A stretch of 64,000 bases of DNA, taken from the NCBI RefSeq assembly GCF_036321535.1, contig NC_087436.1, positions 67,024,001 to 67,088,000 on the forward strand, in the 5' to 3' direction. Below are positions 53,325-64,000 of this stretch, one piece after another. Source of the stretch: Camelus dromedarius. Taxonomy: Eukaryota. The first letter of the stretch is position 1. Every line of letters begins with the position of its first letter. The translations under genes were made by a program, and so were the position numbers. The notes beneath the pieces were generated by a model. The model was not told the DNA's origin. It did not search any database and worked only from the letters and a program-made list of their open reading frames with translations.

Positions 53325-53472
53325 AGAGCAGAGAGACAAACAGAAAGAGAGACAGCAGTGAGAGAGTAAGCAAGTGAGAAAGAGAAGGAGGGAGAGAAGA
53401 GGAAGAAGGGAGTAGGAGACAGAGAAGAATGTGGTAAACAAACAGGACATAAGAGGAAGAGGCAAGAGAAAA
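53325..53472. repeat. GA-rich low-complexity tract, possibly within a decayed MaLR LTR (~53050-53790)
   Basis: gagcagagagacaaacagaaagagagacagcagtgagagag...ggagggagagaagaggaagaaggg. Confidence 0.7.
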
Positions 53473-53505
53473 TGTATTGCGTGGTATCTCTTAGCTCTAC
53501 ATTTT

Positions 53506-53661
53506 TTTTTTTTTTACATTTTTTTTTATTGCGTTATGGTCATTTTACAATTTTGTGTCAAATTCCAGTGCAGAGCACAATTTTTCAGTTATACATGAAC
53601 ATACATATATTCATTGTCACATTTGTTTTTTGCTGTGAGCTACCACAAGATCTTGTACATA
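53506..53661 (-). mobile_element. Very short (~155 bp) young L1 3' end with 15-bp TSD
   Basis: Closely similar to 50545-50692. TSD ttagctctacatttt (53491-53505) / ttagctttacatttt (53662-53676). Confidence 0.92.
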
Positions 53662-54839
53662 TTAGCTTTACATTTTCACTTCCTGTTCCCAAGGACTGGC
53701 AGCATCCTTTTCTTTGTATTCAATGTTATATCCTTATGTCCTTAATAATAAATTCACTGCTTTTTTTTGGCTTGATTTTTGTTTGTTGACTTGTTTGCTG
53801 TTGATGTTATTGTTATTGTTTTGAGAAATTATATGGAAGAAAAGCAGGCAATGACAGACTATGACTAGGGAGTAAGGTGACTCATTTGAGAAATATTTTA
53901 AGGTAGAACTGACAAAATTAAACCTACTGAGGATATGTAAATGTTTCTAAATATTTGAGTAGAAAGAGACTACAAAGAGGTATGCAGCTTATCTCTCTGG
54001 CTAGTGCTACAACTAAGTAACAAATATGAATTTTTTAACCTGAGTTTTGAAGTTTCCCAGTGTTAAAAATGAAAAAAAAAAACAAACAGCCTTAATGGAT
54101 AAATTTAAAACTTAAGAAAAATTATATTGTTACACATAAATTATATTATTTTATTATTATATATTTTTATATTATTATAAAATGATAGTCTTTACACTTG
54201 GGAAGGAACTTTGAGACTGTATATTTTGAAATGTTCACCTTAATTTTTAAGAATCCAGATTAATGTATGTCTTCTTTGTATCTTATTGTATAGTTCTATG
54301 ATTGAATTTCTTTTGAGAACTGAAGAAATTAATATGGTAAAAATTTCAAGTAGCATCACATTATTATGATAATAGAAAAAATATAAATATTAATATTTGA
54401 ATTTTGTTATTTATTTCTGTATATATAATGATTGGTCTGGGGAAATACTGCAAGTATAAATTTTACTTTCTCTAATGAGGAATGGTAGACAAGTACATAA
54501 TGTTTCAAAAATCTGAATATCATTTTATTTTATAATTAAAATTGCATTTAGGACAAATACACATAATCTTCTTTGAAGTTATTCAATAACATGATTTTCT
54601 TTCTGAACTTTAATTTTTTCAAGGATGTCTAATGGATTGGATTTCAGAAAGCCACTGGGGCATTTCTGTGTGGTGACATTGTTTCCGTTTCCATTTATTC
54701 CACAACTATTATGTGTCTATTATTTGTCAATAGTATCATATTATTTACCAAATATATACCAAATAAATATAAATAGACATCTCACCTTGTTATATTTAAA
54801 ACATTGCCAATAAATTAATACAAGCACTGCTAACCTCAA

Positions 54840-55020
54840 TGAACATTATCAAACACTTACAATGTTCTAGGTCCTCTATTAGAAGACTTTACATGTACTT
54901 TCACATTTGATGCTTGCAAGAACTCCCTGAGATAGTACTTGCCTCAGTTTTTTAAGAGAAGTAGAGACTAAGAGCTTTCAATAATTTGCTCAGGACTGCA
55001 CAGGTAGCAAATGACCTAAG
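54840..55020 (-). mobile_element. MIR remnant
   Basis: acacttacaatgttctagg...catttgatgcttgcaagaactccctgagatagt...aataatttgctcaggactgcacaggtagcaaatgac. Confidence 0.6.
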
Positions 55021-55429
55021 TATCACCAAAATGCATGATTCTATTGTTACTGTAAGATCCTTCAGAGCAAATTAAATGTGAATATATAATACATTTCTCA
55101 ATTTTTATATGAGAAATATCAGAAATTAACCTTATAGATCACAAAAAATATAGTATCCTGAAAAATCTACATTTTTCTAGGAAGCAAGGTCAAAAGTGAG
55201 GTCTGGAGTTGCCTGTCTGCCCATTAGACTGCTTTTCTATCTGTTTTTTTTTTTTTTTCCTGATCTGTACTGGTTTTGTGAGGGAGAAGTAAGGCATAAT
55301 TTAGATAATACCAATAGCATGTTTGCCACAAATTTCACATGAAATTTTTATCCATTGACCTATAAAGAGTAATTATTAACTTGAAGTAGCAAGTTCTTTC
55401 AGTTCAAGTAATTGAAATGCGTTCAATGA

Positions 55430-55650
55430 GATGATTAATAAATGCTTAATACATGTTATGCATTATCCTAAGGACTTTGTAAATATCAGTTTATATAATC
55501 TTTACAACAGTCCTGTGAGATAGGTACCATCTTCTGTCTTATTTTTCCAATGAGGAAACTGAGTCACGGTCAGAGTAGGGAACTAACTTGCCCACAACCA
55601 CCCAGAACTGAGCAGTGATATTTTCACAATGGCTATCTGATTCCAGAGTC
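55430..55650 (-). mobile_element. MIR remnant
   Basis: taatctttacaacagtcctgtgagataggtacc...atgaggaaactgagtcac...aacttgcccacaaccacccag. Confidence 0.75.
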
Positions 55651-56259
55651 TTTGATCTTAACTGTTATTCTACAATTAATCTCAAATGAAAGAATAACAT
55701 CCCTCAGTGACTACTTAGCCCAACCCCATTGCCTACAAGCTTTCTCAGGCACTATACAATATTCATTAACCCCTTGGTTTTCTTTGTCTGCCCTTTTCCG
55801 CAGTTTACTGGATCCTTCCTCATGGCACTTAGATATGTTCAAGTTTCCCAAGTCTTAAAAATATATAGTTGCCTCCATCTCACTCATAACTAAGCAACTG
55901 CCACATTCTTTTCATTCTATTTAAAGCCAAACTTCTTAAGAGAATTGTCTATACTAATTAACCTTACTCACTTAGAATTATTTATACACCACACACATTC
56001 CAATTTGTTTGTGTTCAATCCAAAATGTAGCTACAACTCCTCCAGAAGATTTTGCTTCCAAGTTCATTATTGCCCTTTTGTCACTGAACATGATGAGATT
56101 TTAAAAAGTCCTTTCTATCTTAACATCTTAGTAGTTTTTAACACAGTAAAGCCTTTTGTTCTCTTGGCTTAAGTGGTTTACTTGTCTACTTCTTAACAAC
56201 TACTTTTCTGTCACCTTTGCTGGCTTATCACTCTAAAATGACCTTGTAAACTGTAAAGT

Positions 56260-56993
56260 TATGTGCATTTTTGGCATTACATTTGTGATGTTTAATTGCT
56301 ATTTAATTTTTTTAAATGGCACTTGTTTGGCAGTAAAGCAAACTGGACTTTGTGAGTGCAGAAATGCATGGGAATAGCAACGTGGCATGAATTTGATAGA
56401 GCAGCGAAGGTAAGTCAATGGGACAATCACTGCATCTCCACATTTACTTGCAAAGTAGCAATGAATTTTTTATGGTACCTGAAAAAGAGATACCTATAAT
56501 AGATGAAGATGGGTTATATTTTGTTACTGAATTCTATGCACAAAGATTGCTTTTCACATGCTAAACTAGAAATTACTGGCACCAAAATTGCAGAATGGGG
56601 TTCAGTGGCTTAAAAGAAAATTTTAGAAGCAAAAATAGAGTTCATTTGTAAGAAATCTATAGCATTAACATTTCTGATAACACAGAGAATGATTGTGTGT
56701 GTGTGTGTGTGTGGTGACATTAATACTACTAAGGACTAAGGGGAGCTTGATTGTGAATTGAAAACATTTTTAAGAAAACATTATCCAGTTGATTTCACTT
56801 TTATGCACTTTCCTACATGACCAAGAGTAATATATGATGAAATATGGCCAAAAAACTTAAAAATATGAAATATAAAAATCTAACAGATTAAAAGTATTGC
56901 ACCATAGTTTAATTATCAGTTGTTGTTGTCTGCTTTCTTAGTAAAAATAGCACATCTTATAACTGATAGCATTTCAGATTTGATAAAATACAG
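56260..56993 (+). mobile_element. Tc2/Kanga-type DNA transposon fossil with decayed transposase N-terminus
   Basis: Decayed reading ..SAEMHGN.. and PIIDEDGLYFVTEFYAQRL (56495-56551) resembles the CENP-B-type HTH of Tc2/pogo transposases. Right end catcttataactgatagcatttcagatttgataaaatacagta is Tc2-terminus-like followed by TA. Confidence 0.55.
56694..56713. repeat. (TG)n microsatellite
   Basis: tgtgtgtgtgtgtgtgtgtg. Confidence 0.9.
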
Positions 56994-59577
56994 TATCATA
57001 CTACACATATAATATCATACTATATACACATACTATATATAATATGTGTAATTACTTGAGTACTCTTCATCTTTTCCTCTAGATTATAGACTCCACGAGG
57101 AGGACGTAGACTCTTGTTTATCATTCTATTCCAGAGTCTGCAACAATGTTTGACACAAAATGAATGAACTTTCTATATCATTCACTAACATAAACAGAGA
57201 TGAGTTTCACTTATTTAATTATTTTAATGCTTAACTCTAAATTTCTTCAGGATTAAAAACTCTTCTCCACCAAGGAATTGATTCCACCTTCTAGAGCCAG
57301 TTGGTGTCTTGAGGTTCCAATTAATCAGAGGCCCACGTCTTGGGCATGGTATGGAGCTTTTGCTATTGTTATCTATGGACATTTCAAGTCTTACGCATAG
57401 TGACGTCAAAGGAGACTTCTAAATTTAAGAACTGGATTTAAATCACATCATCAGCCAATTCTTCTGATACTATTTATTCTCACAATCTTTCAAGCACATC
57501 TAAGTTTGCATATAACTGTTTTCATTACTCAGTTGGGATTTACATTATTTCTGGCTTTACTGGGATATTTAAAATGTCTTCCCACCTACCTCTAGAGAAC
57601 CATTAATGCCATTTTATTAGACTCTTTATATCCCTATTAATTCTGTTCTACCTCTTTGATCTCTTTGGCAGAACTCAGTCCTCTATTCATATGTATATAT
57701 ATTTTCTTTCCATTGTGCCAGTTTCACAAGTATTATATACATAAAAATGGCATCTGATTGGATCTTGGATAGCTTTTATAAGATGGTTTTGTCTGGCTTT
57801 ATAATTATAACCTTGAAATCTTGCTAATGATAAAGCACAAGCATAAACTTGTTAAGGTTAGAATCAGAAGTTGTGACCATCACATGCATAAGAATCAGTT
57901 AACCCTCAAATATTACAGAACTATTATATAGAAACCAGCAATGTTACCCTAGATCTACCTTTACCTTATCTCCCTAAGTTTCACCAGCCTGTGAGACGAT
58001 AAGGAATTCCACTGGCAACTTACCTCTGGAACAGATGGAAGAATGTTTGTGCTCAACAAAGGCCCCTGCTTACTATTTTAGAAAGTATCTCACGTTTTCT
58101 TGCAAACAAGTCTGCTCCCACCACCTGCCACCACCACTGCTGCTCTCCCCCTCTGGGCATTGGCACCAACCTACTCAACTTTACATTCTCCAAGTGGGCC
58201 TCTATGAAATGTACTGCTGCTTTACTGGGGACTGCAATCTCTTGCCATGAAGCTTTGCCAGTCTGCTAAATGCCTTTGCTCATGTATAAAGTCTTGGTGC
58301 CAAATGAACAAGGTGGTTTGGAGGGAACTGGGAGAGAACAATGTGAGATCCTCTGAGCTACACTGTGTCAGAATGGAGAGAAAACCCTGCTATAAATCTT
58401 TTACTCAAATATCTTTGCCCTTTTAACTCATTATCCCTGTCTTCATAGAACTCTTAGCACCGGAATGGAGGACAGAGCGGAGGGTTAATATTCTAGATCA
58501 CCAACCCCTTAATGACAAAGTTGGCTGTGTGTAAGTGAGTTTATCTCCCTGTGTCTGGCTCCTTTTTTGCTAAGGATTCCCAGGAGATTCTTCAGCCACT
58601 TCTCTAGACCTGCCCCCAACTGTTCCTATAATAGCTCTACTGCTTAGGCTTAAGCTTGACTCTTGTTCAGAACTTAAAATTATAACATGGAAAAAGCACA
58701 ATGCTGGCTGATTGGGTCATACAAAAGAGTTTATCTCTTTTTTGTGACTTAATTCTAATTGGACCAAATTCTCTTAAAATCAATGCTGAGGGAATTTTTA
58801 AATGTCATCTTTGTACAGTATTTATACCTTCCTTTTTACTAGGAAACGTTGTTTTCCTTTGACTTGGATGTTGATATTAGGCTAGAAATCCCTTTAGTTA
58901 AAAGTGCTTTTTGTAGTTAATAGTGTCACTTCATAGTGATTAAGACTGACACAGGGACTGACACAGGCTCCTGTTTTGGGCGCAGGCTTGTCTGCAAGTG
59001 CTCAAGTTCTAATGACAGTCTGGTGCAGATTCTTAATATGGCCTTAGACCATTCAGTCTCCCTTTCTGTACTGAACTTTACCTATAAAACTCACAGTTCA
59101 GAAGCAATACAGAAGAATGGATGTACACAATGCTATAATCTCCTTGTTCTATAAAATGGTAAGATTTTAGAGTTAAAACAATCAAGGCCAAGCTTGATCA
59201 GGAAAAAACCTCCCTTACCTATTTTGCCTGCAATAGCTTTGGCACTTATGTGCTAAGCAAATTCATGTAGCTAGGCAGTCAGACAGCTAGACCCAGAGGG
59301 GAAATAACTCTTCACTTCTATATGGAAGAGATTCTTTATCATCATTTCCAGATAAATCATTCCCAGTAAGTGGACAAATTGTCTCTTCAGAACAATGTAT
59401 TATTATTTTTTTTTCTACGATTGCTTGACGTAAAACAATGTTACGGGTGTTATCTCTTCTGTGAGAAGTAGTACCTGAATGAAGTTAACAACTATTGTCA
59501 ATTAACTCTATGTGCCTAAATATAGTACAAAGAAGCTTTGGTACATAAGAATGTTTAATACAAAATTTTCCAAGTTT

Positions 59578-61245
59578 GGCCCAGAAAAAACAATATTGAA
59601 GGACAGGAACAAAGTTGGAATACTGATACCACCTGAATTCAAGGCTCACTATAAAGCTACAGTAATCAAAACGGTGTGCTATTATTGGTGAAAGAATAGA
59701 CAAGTAAACCACAGGAACGAATAGAAAACTCAAAAATAGATCCAGATAAACATAGTCAAATGATCTTTGACAAAGGAGTAAAGGTACTACAATGAAGCAA
59801 AGACAGTCTTTTCAACAAATGGTGCTGGAACAACTGAGCATCCACAAGCAAAAAAAAAAAAAAAAAAAAAATCTAGACACAGAATTTCCACCCTTCACCA
59901 AAATTACTCCAAATGGATCATGGACCTAAATGTAAAATGCAAAATTATAAAATTCCTAGAAGATACTATAGGAGAAAACCTAGATGGGACTTAGGAATGG
60001 CAATGACTTTTTAGATAAGACACCAAAGTCCCAATCCCTAACAAAAATACCAAACTGAACCTCCTCAAAATTAAAAATTTCGAGTCTGTGAAACACAATG
60101 TTAAGAGAGTGAGAAGAAAAGCCATAGGCTAGGAACAAATATTTGCAAAAGACACATCTAATAAAGGACTGTTATTCAAAATATACCAGAAACTGTTAAA
60201 ACTCAATAGTAATTAAACAAACAATCTGATTTAAAAATCGGCCAAAAATCTTAATAGATACCTTTCCAAAGAAGATACACAGATGGCAAGTAAGAATATA
60301 AAAGACATATCATAGGTCATCGTGGAAATAAATATTAAAACAACAATGGGATACTACCACATACCTATTGGAATGGCCAAAATCCAGAACACCGACAACA
60401 TCATGGGAAGATGTGAAGCAACAGGAACTCTCATACATTGCTGGTGGGAATGGAAAAATGGTACAGCCACTTTGGAAAACATTTTGGTGGCTTCTTTAAC
60501 AATTAAACGTACTCATACCATATGATCCAGCAATAACAGCACTCTTTGCTGTTTACTCAAAGGAGTTGAAAACATGTCCACACAAAAAACTGGACACAAA
60601 TGTTTATGGCAGCTTTATTCACAATTACCAAAACCTGGAAACCACAAAGATGTCCTTTAGTGGGTAAATGGACAAATAAACTTTGGTACATTTAGACAAT
60701 GCAATATTTTTCAATGCTACAAAGAAATGAGCTATCAAGCCCTGAAAACATACATGGAGGAAACTTAAATGAGTATGACTAAGTGAAATAAGCCAATCAG
60801 AAAAGACTACATACTGTATGATTCTAACTATATAATATTCTAGAAAAAGTAAAATTATGGAGATAGTAAATAGATCAGTGGTTGCCAGAGGTTGGGGGCA
60901 GGGGAGAATAGGTGAAGCACAGAGGATTTTTGAGACAATGAAAATAGTCTGTATGATCCTACAATGATGGATACATGTCATTACTCATTTATCCAAACCC
61001 ATAGAATGTGCAACACCAATAGTGTACCCTAATGGGAAGTATGGATTTGGGGTGATTATAATGTATCAATGTAAGTTCATCAATTGTAACAAATTTACCA
61101 CTCTGGTGGGAGATATTGATAATGGAGAAAGCCATGTATGTGTTGGTGCAGGGGCTAGACGGGGAATCTCTGTAGCTTGCTCTCAATTTTGCTGTGACCT
61201 AAAACTTTTCCAAAAAATAAAGTCTTTTAAAAAGTTTAAAAAAAT
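59578..61245 (+). mobile_element. Old L1 (L1MC-like) ORF2 3' half and 3' UTR
   Basis: ctataaagctacagtaatcaaaacggtgtg (YKATVIKTV), tgatctttgacaaagg, tcaacaaatggtgctgg, ccatatgatccagcaat. 3' UTR gatacatgtcattactcatttatccaaacccatagaatgtgcaacacc...ctcaattttgctgtgacctaaaac..aaaaataaagtc. Confidence 0.92.
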
Positions 61246-63009
61246 CCAGGTTTTAAAAATAGATCTCCAGAAGTTCTTACTACATATAATAAATAATAAT
61301 ACCTCATCATTCTTTTAAGTGGTTTATCATTTAGGAGAGAGAAGAGATATACAACACAAGTAGAAAACAATATAAAATCATATAATATGTAGTCATACAT
61401 ATAAATTTATGTTTACACATACATATATAAGATTTAAAGCATATTACAGAGCTAAAAAACCAAAATATTACTTCGGCCAGATAATTCAGAAGGGCGTGAT
61501 TTTTAAATGAATTTTAAAACCTGGAATGACTGATAAGATTTTAAGAGGTGGTAGGATCAGCTGTCAAATACTGAAAATGGTTTTTGGCAAAGACAGGTAA
61601 AAGTGAAAAATTATGTCTGGAGGATAGTTAAAGAATTTGAATAGAGTGGAGTGGCTCGTGGAAAGGCTGGCTGTCTCAAAGCCTTGAAGAGGGCTGTTTC
61701 CTTGGGGAATTGACTTGGGTTCCTAATATGGATCTTAATATTGCAGATCCTGATACCCTGATGCATGTGTCTTTCCGGGTAGATTTACAGTATCAGAGAC
61801 TGATAAAAGACAGACTGACAACTGAATAATGAAAAATGAGAAATAAAAAAATCACATGAATGATAAAGTCACATTAAGATGACCAGTATATTTGCTCCTT
61901 ATAAGCCAACCCTATATCATAGTTCAAATTATGGTAAGAAAACAACTTAATTAGCATGGGGCCATTGGAGTAAGTAGGCACGTTCATAACTGTTATTGGC
62001 AGCAACCAAAGGGAGTGATGGTCTTACCAGTGGACTCTAATACTGAAGTCTTTGGACAAAACTTTCAGTCCCTTGGACAGTGGTTGACAGAGAGTATGAC
62101 AGATTCCGGCATTTACTCCCTTGATTTTTTTTTCCTATCTTTTATTCCGAAAGACATGTTCTTTGTTTAGTTATGTTTATTAATTCTGTCAAAATGTGTA
62201 TAGCCCTTGATCCCCTCTACTTCTCACTGAGTTTGCCATCATCCATTTTACGCTGCTTTTATAGCTTGCCTTTTGGGACAAAATTATTTCCTTTTCTCTC
62301 CCCCAACCCCCACCTATCCCAGGTGTTAGGAGTCACTTTGTACATTTAAGTATTTAACATATATCTTTTTAACTCAGGTAAACTTATTAATGCTCTATTT
62401 TGTAGGTATTAGAATTCCTTCAATAAATTTAACTTCATATTTTCTGATTTTTTTTGTTACTTCCTAACAGCTGCTAAGATTCTTTGTTCTAGAATAATTT
62501 CTAAATGCTTTAAAATATGACAAAAGAGAATCATGCAAATATAGACAAAATGTTTATCTATTTAAACCTGTATAAAGTATTAACTCTACTTGCATTTTTA
62601 ACATGCTGTACATTCGCAAGATTTCCTTGAGAGGTCTAACAGAGTGGCGGAAACTGACTTAGGGAAGACATGATGGACTTAATCCTAAAATCCTCAAGGA
62701 AGCTGGACATTTTTACTCTTTTCATTTGGCAAAATAGTAAAATGACTAATTTTTATATTTGGACTTTCCTTGTTTTCTTTTTAATAGCTTCTTCTTTCCT
62801 CCTGGTGCTTTTTTAAATTTCAAGGGTCTTTAGTGGTTTCTTTACCAGAGAATTTCTCTCCCCAGATATTTCTAGTCCTCCCAAATCAATAGCCATATAG
62901 CCCATACTTAATCCATCATTTCGTAATAGTAATTACCCCATGCTGAGTGTCTACTGTGTGCCAGGTGTTACATGACAGCTTTCAGCCAAGTTGCTAGGTT
63001 AGTATTGTG

Positions 63010-63460
63010 AACAAACATGCCAAACATGATCAATCCATGGTCAGTTATCGCCCTGCCTTGTCTCCCTCATATTCTCATGGCTTACTCTCTCATTTCATTT
63101 GGGTTGGAAGTCCTCTGACCACGCTATTTAAACTAATTTCTTTCCTCACTTTCCGACACTCTCCACATCCTTGTCCAGTTATATTTTCTACATTATAACA
63201 CTTAGCACTGTCTAACAATATATATATGCATATGATATATAAAATATAATAAGCATTATATATATATGTATATATACACATATATGTGTATATTTATAAA
63301 ATATTTTTGTCTATCCACTCTTGCTTTCCAATAACAAAAGCTCTACCATGGCAGGCATTTAAACTGTTCTGGTCTCCACTGTATCTACAGGATCAGGCCA
63401 GGACCTAGCATTTAATAAATTTCAATAAGTATTTGCTGAGTGACCAAATGAATGACTAAA
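63010..63460 (+). mobile_element. L2 remnant interrupted by a (TA)-rich tract at ~63218-63297
   Basis: ctctgaccacgctatttaaact...aagctctaccatggcaggca...caataagtatttgctgagtgaccaaatgaatga. Confidence 0.6.
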
Positions 63461-64000
63461 TCCTACCTATAGCACTAAGAAGCTAGTTAGCCCAGGTTAC
63501 AGAAAAATTACTGTTGTTTATTAATGTGTTTTTCCTATGAAAAATAAATGGATTTAAATTGGGCCTTCTGTATATAAAAAGGTGTTACTTTACAATGCTG
63601 GATCTGAAAGTCCATAAATTTTATCACATAACAATAATATAAATAACAACAACACCACCAATCACTGGGAGAAAAATAACAGGTACTTGAGTGATTTCTT
63701 TGGACCAGGAATTAGAAGACATGATCTCTCTCTATCTCTATCTGTCTCTTTTGTCCTCTATCAATATTTCTTTCAATTGAATGTACCCAACATTCCTGTG
63801 AGTACCATTATATAGACAAGAAAACTGAGGGCAAAGGTGAAATTTCCCAAGGTCTGTGAGTGGTAACAGTGATTGAATGATGACAACCTGACCCAAGAGT
63901 CAGAGCTATGACAGTAATCCAAGGCAATTACTTATTTTGTCTGTACTTGAAGTGGTTCCTAGTTTTATGCAAATTTGTACTGTTTATATCTTAAGGGAGG

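Noticed and set aside
57940..58630. GC-richer block that could be an exon or an old LTR
   Set aside because: No recognisable protein similarity, and I could not assign a repeat family with confidence; needs a Dfam search.
1..64000. CRISPR arrays, operons, rRNA/snRNA genes or prokaryotic-type defence systems
   Set aside because: The sequence is mammalian. No regularly spaced repeat-spacer array or recognisable structural RNA gene was seen.

Overview
Mammalian genomic DNA, AT-rich and CpG-depleted, probably from a camelid. The species call is an inference from the young L1 3' ends, a Vic-1-like SINE remnant, and no recognisable Alu, B1/B2, Bov-A/tA, PRE or CAN SINEs. The only protein-coding sequence I can support is coding exon 1 of the receptor tyrosine kinase EPHA5 (minus strand, 8962->8782, [10 protein letters not shown]...LLASPSNE, phase-1 donor), inside a CpG island at about 7.45-10.15 kb. 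Positions 1-8781 are EPHA5 intron 1; I did not find exon 2 in the window. Positions ~10-64 kb are upstream non-coding DNA filled with L1, L2, MIR, MaLR/ERVL LTRs and DNA-transposon fossils. Nearly all other ORFs in the track are GC-rich shadow frames, L1 ORF2 remnants or chance ORFs. I see no evidence of a wholly new biological system. The best leads are a candidate cryptic exon/alternative start in intron 1 that could yield a signal-peptide-less EPHA5, a single uORF in the long leader, splice signals for a divergent antisense lncRNA, candidate enhancers, and a clean twin-primed L1 insertion. Repeat family names come from recalled consensus sequences, and most repeat boundaries are approximate.
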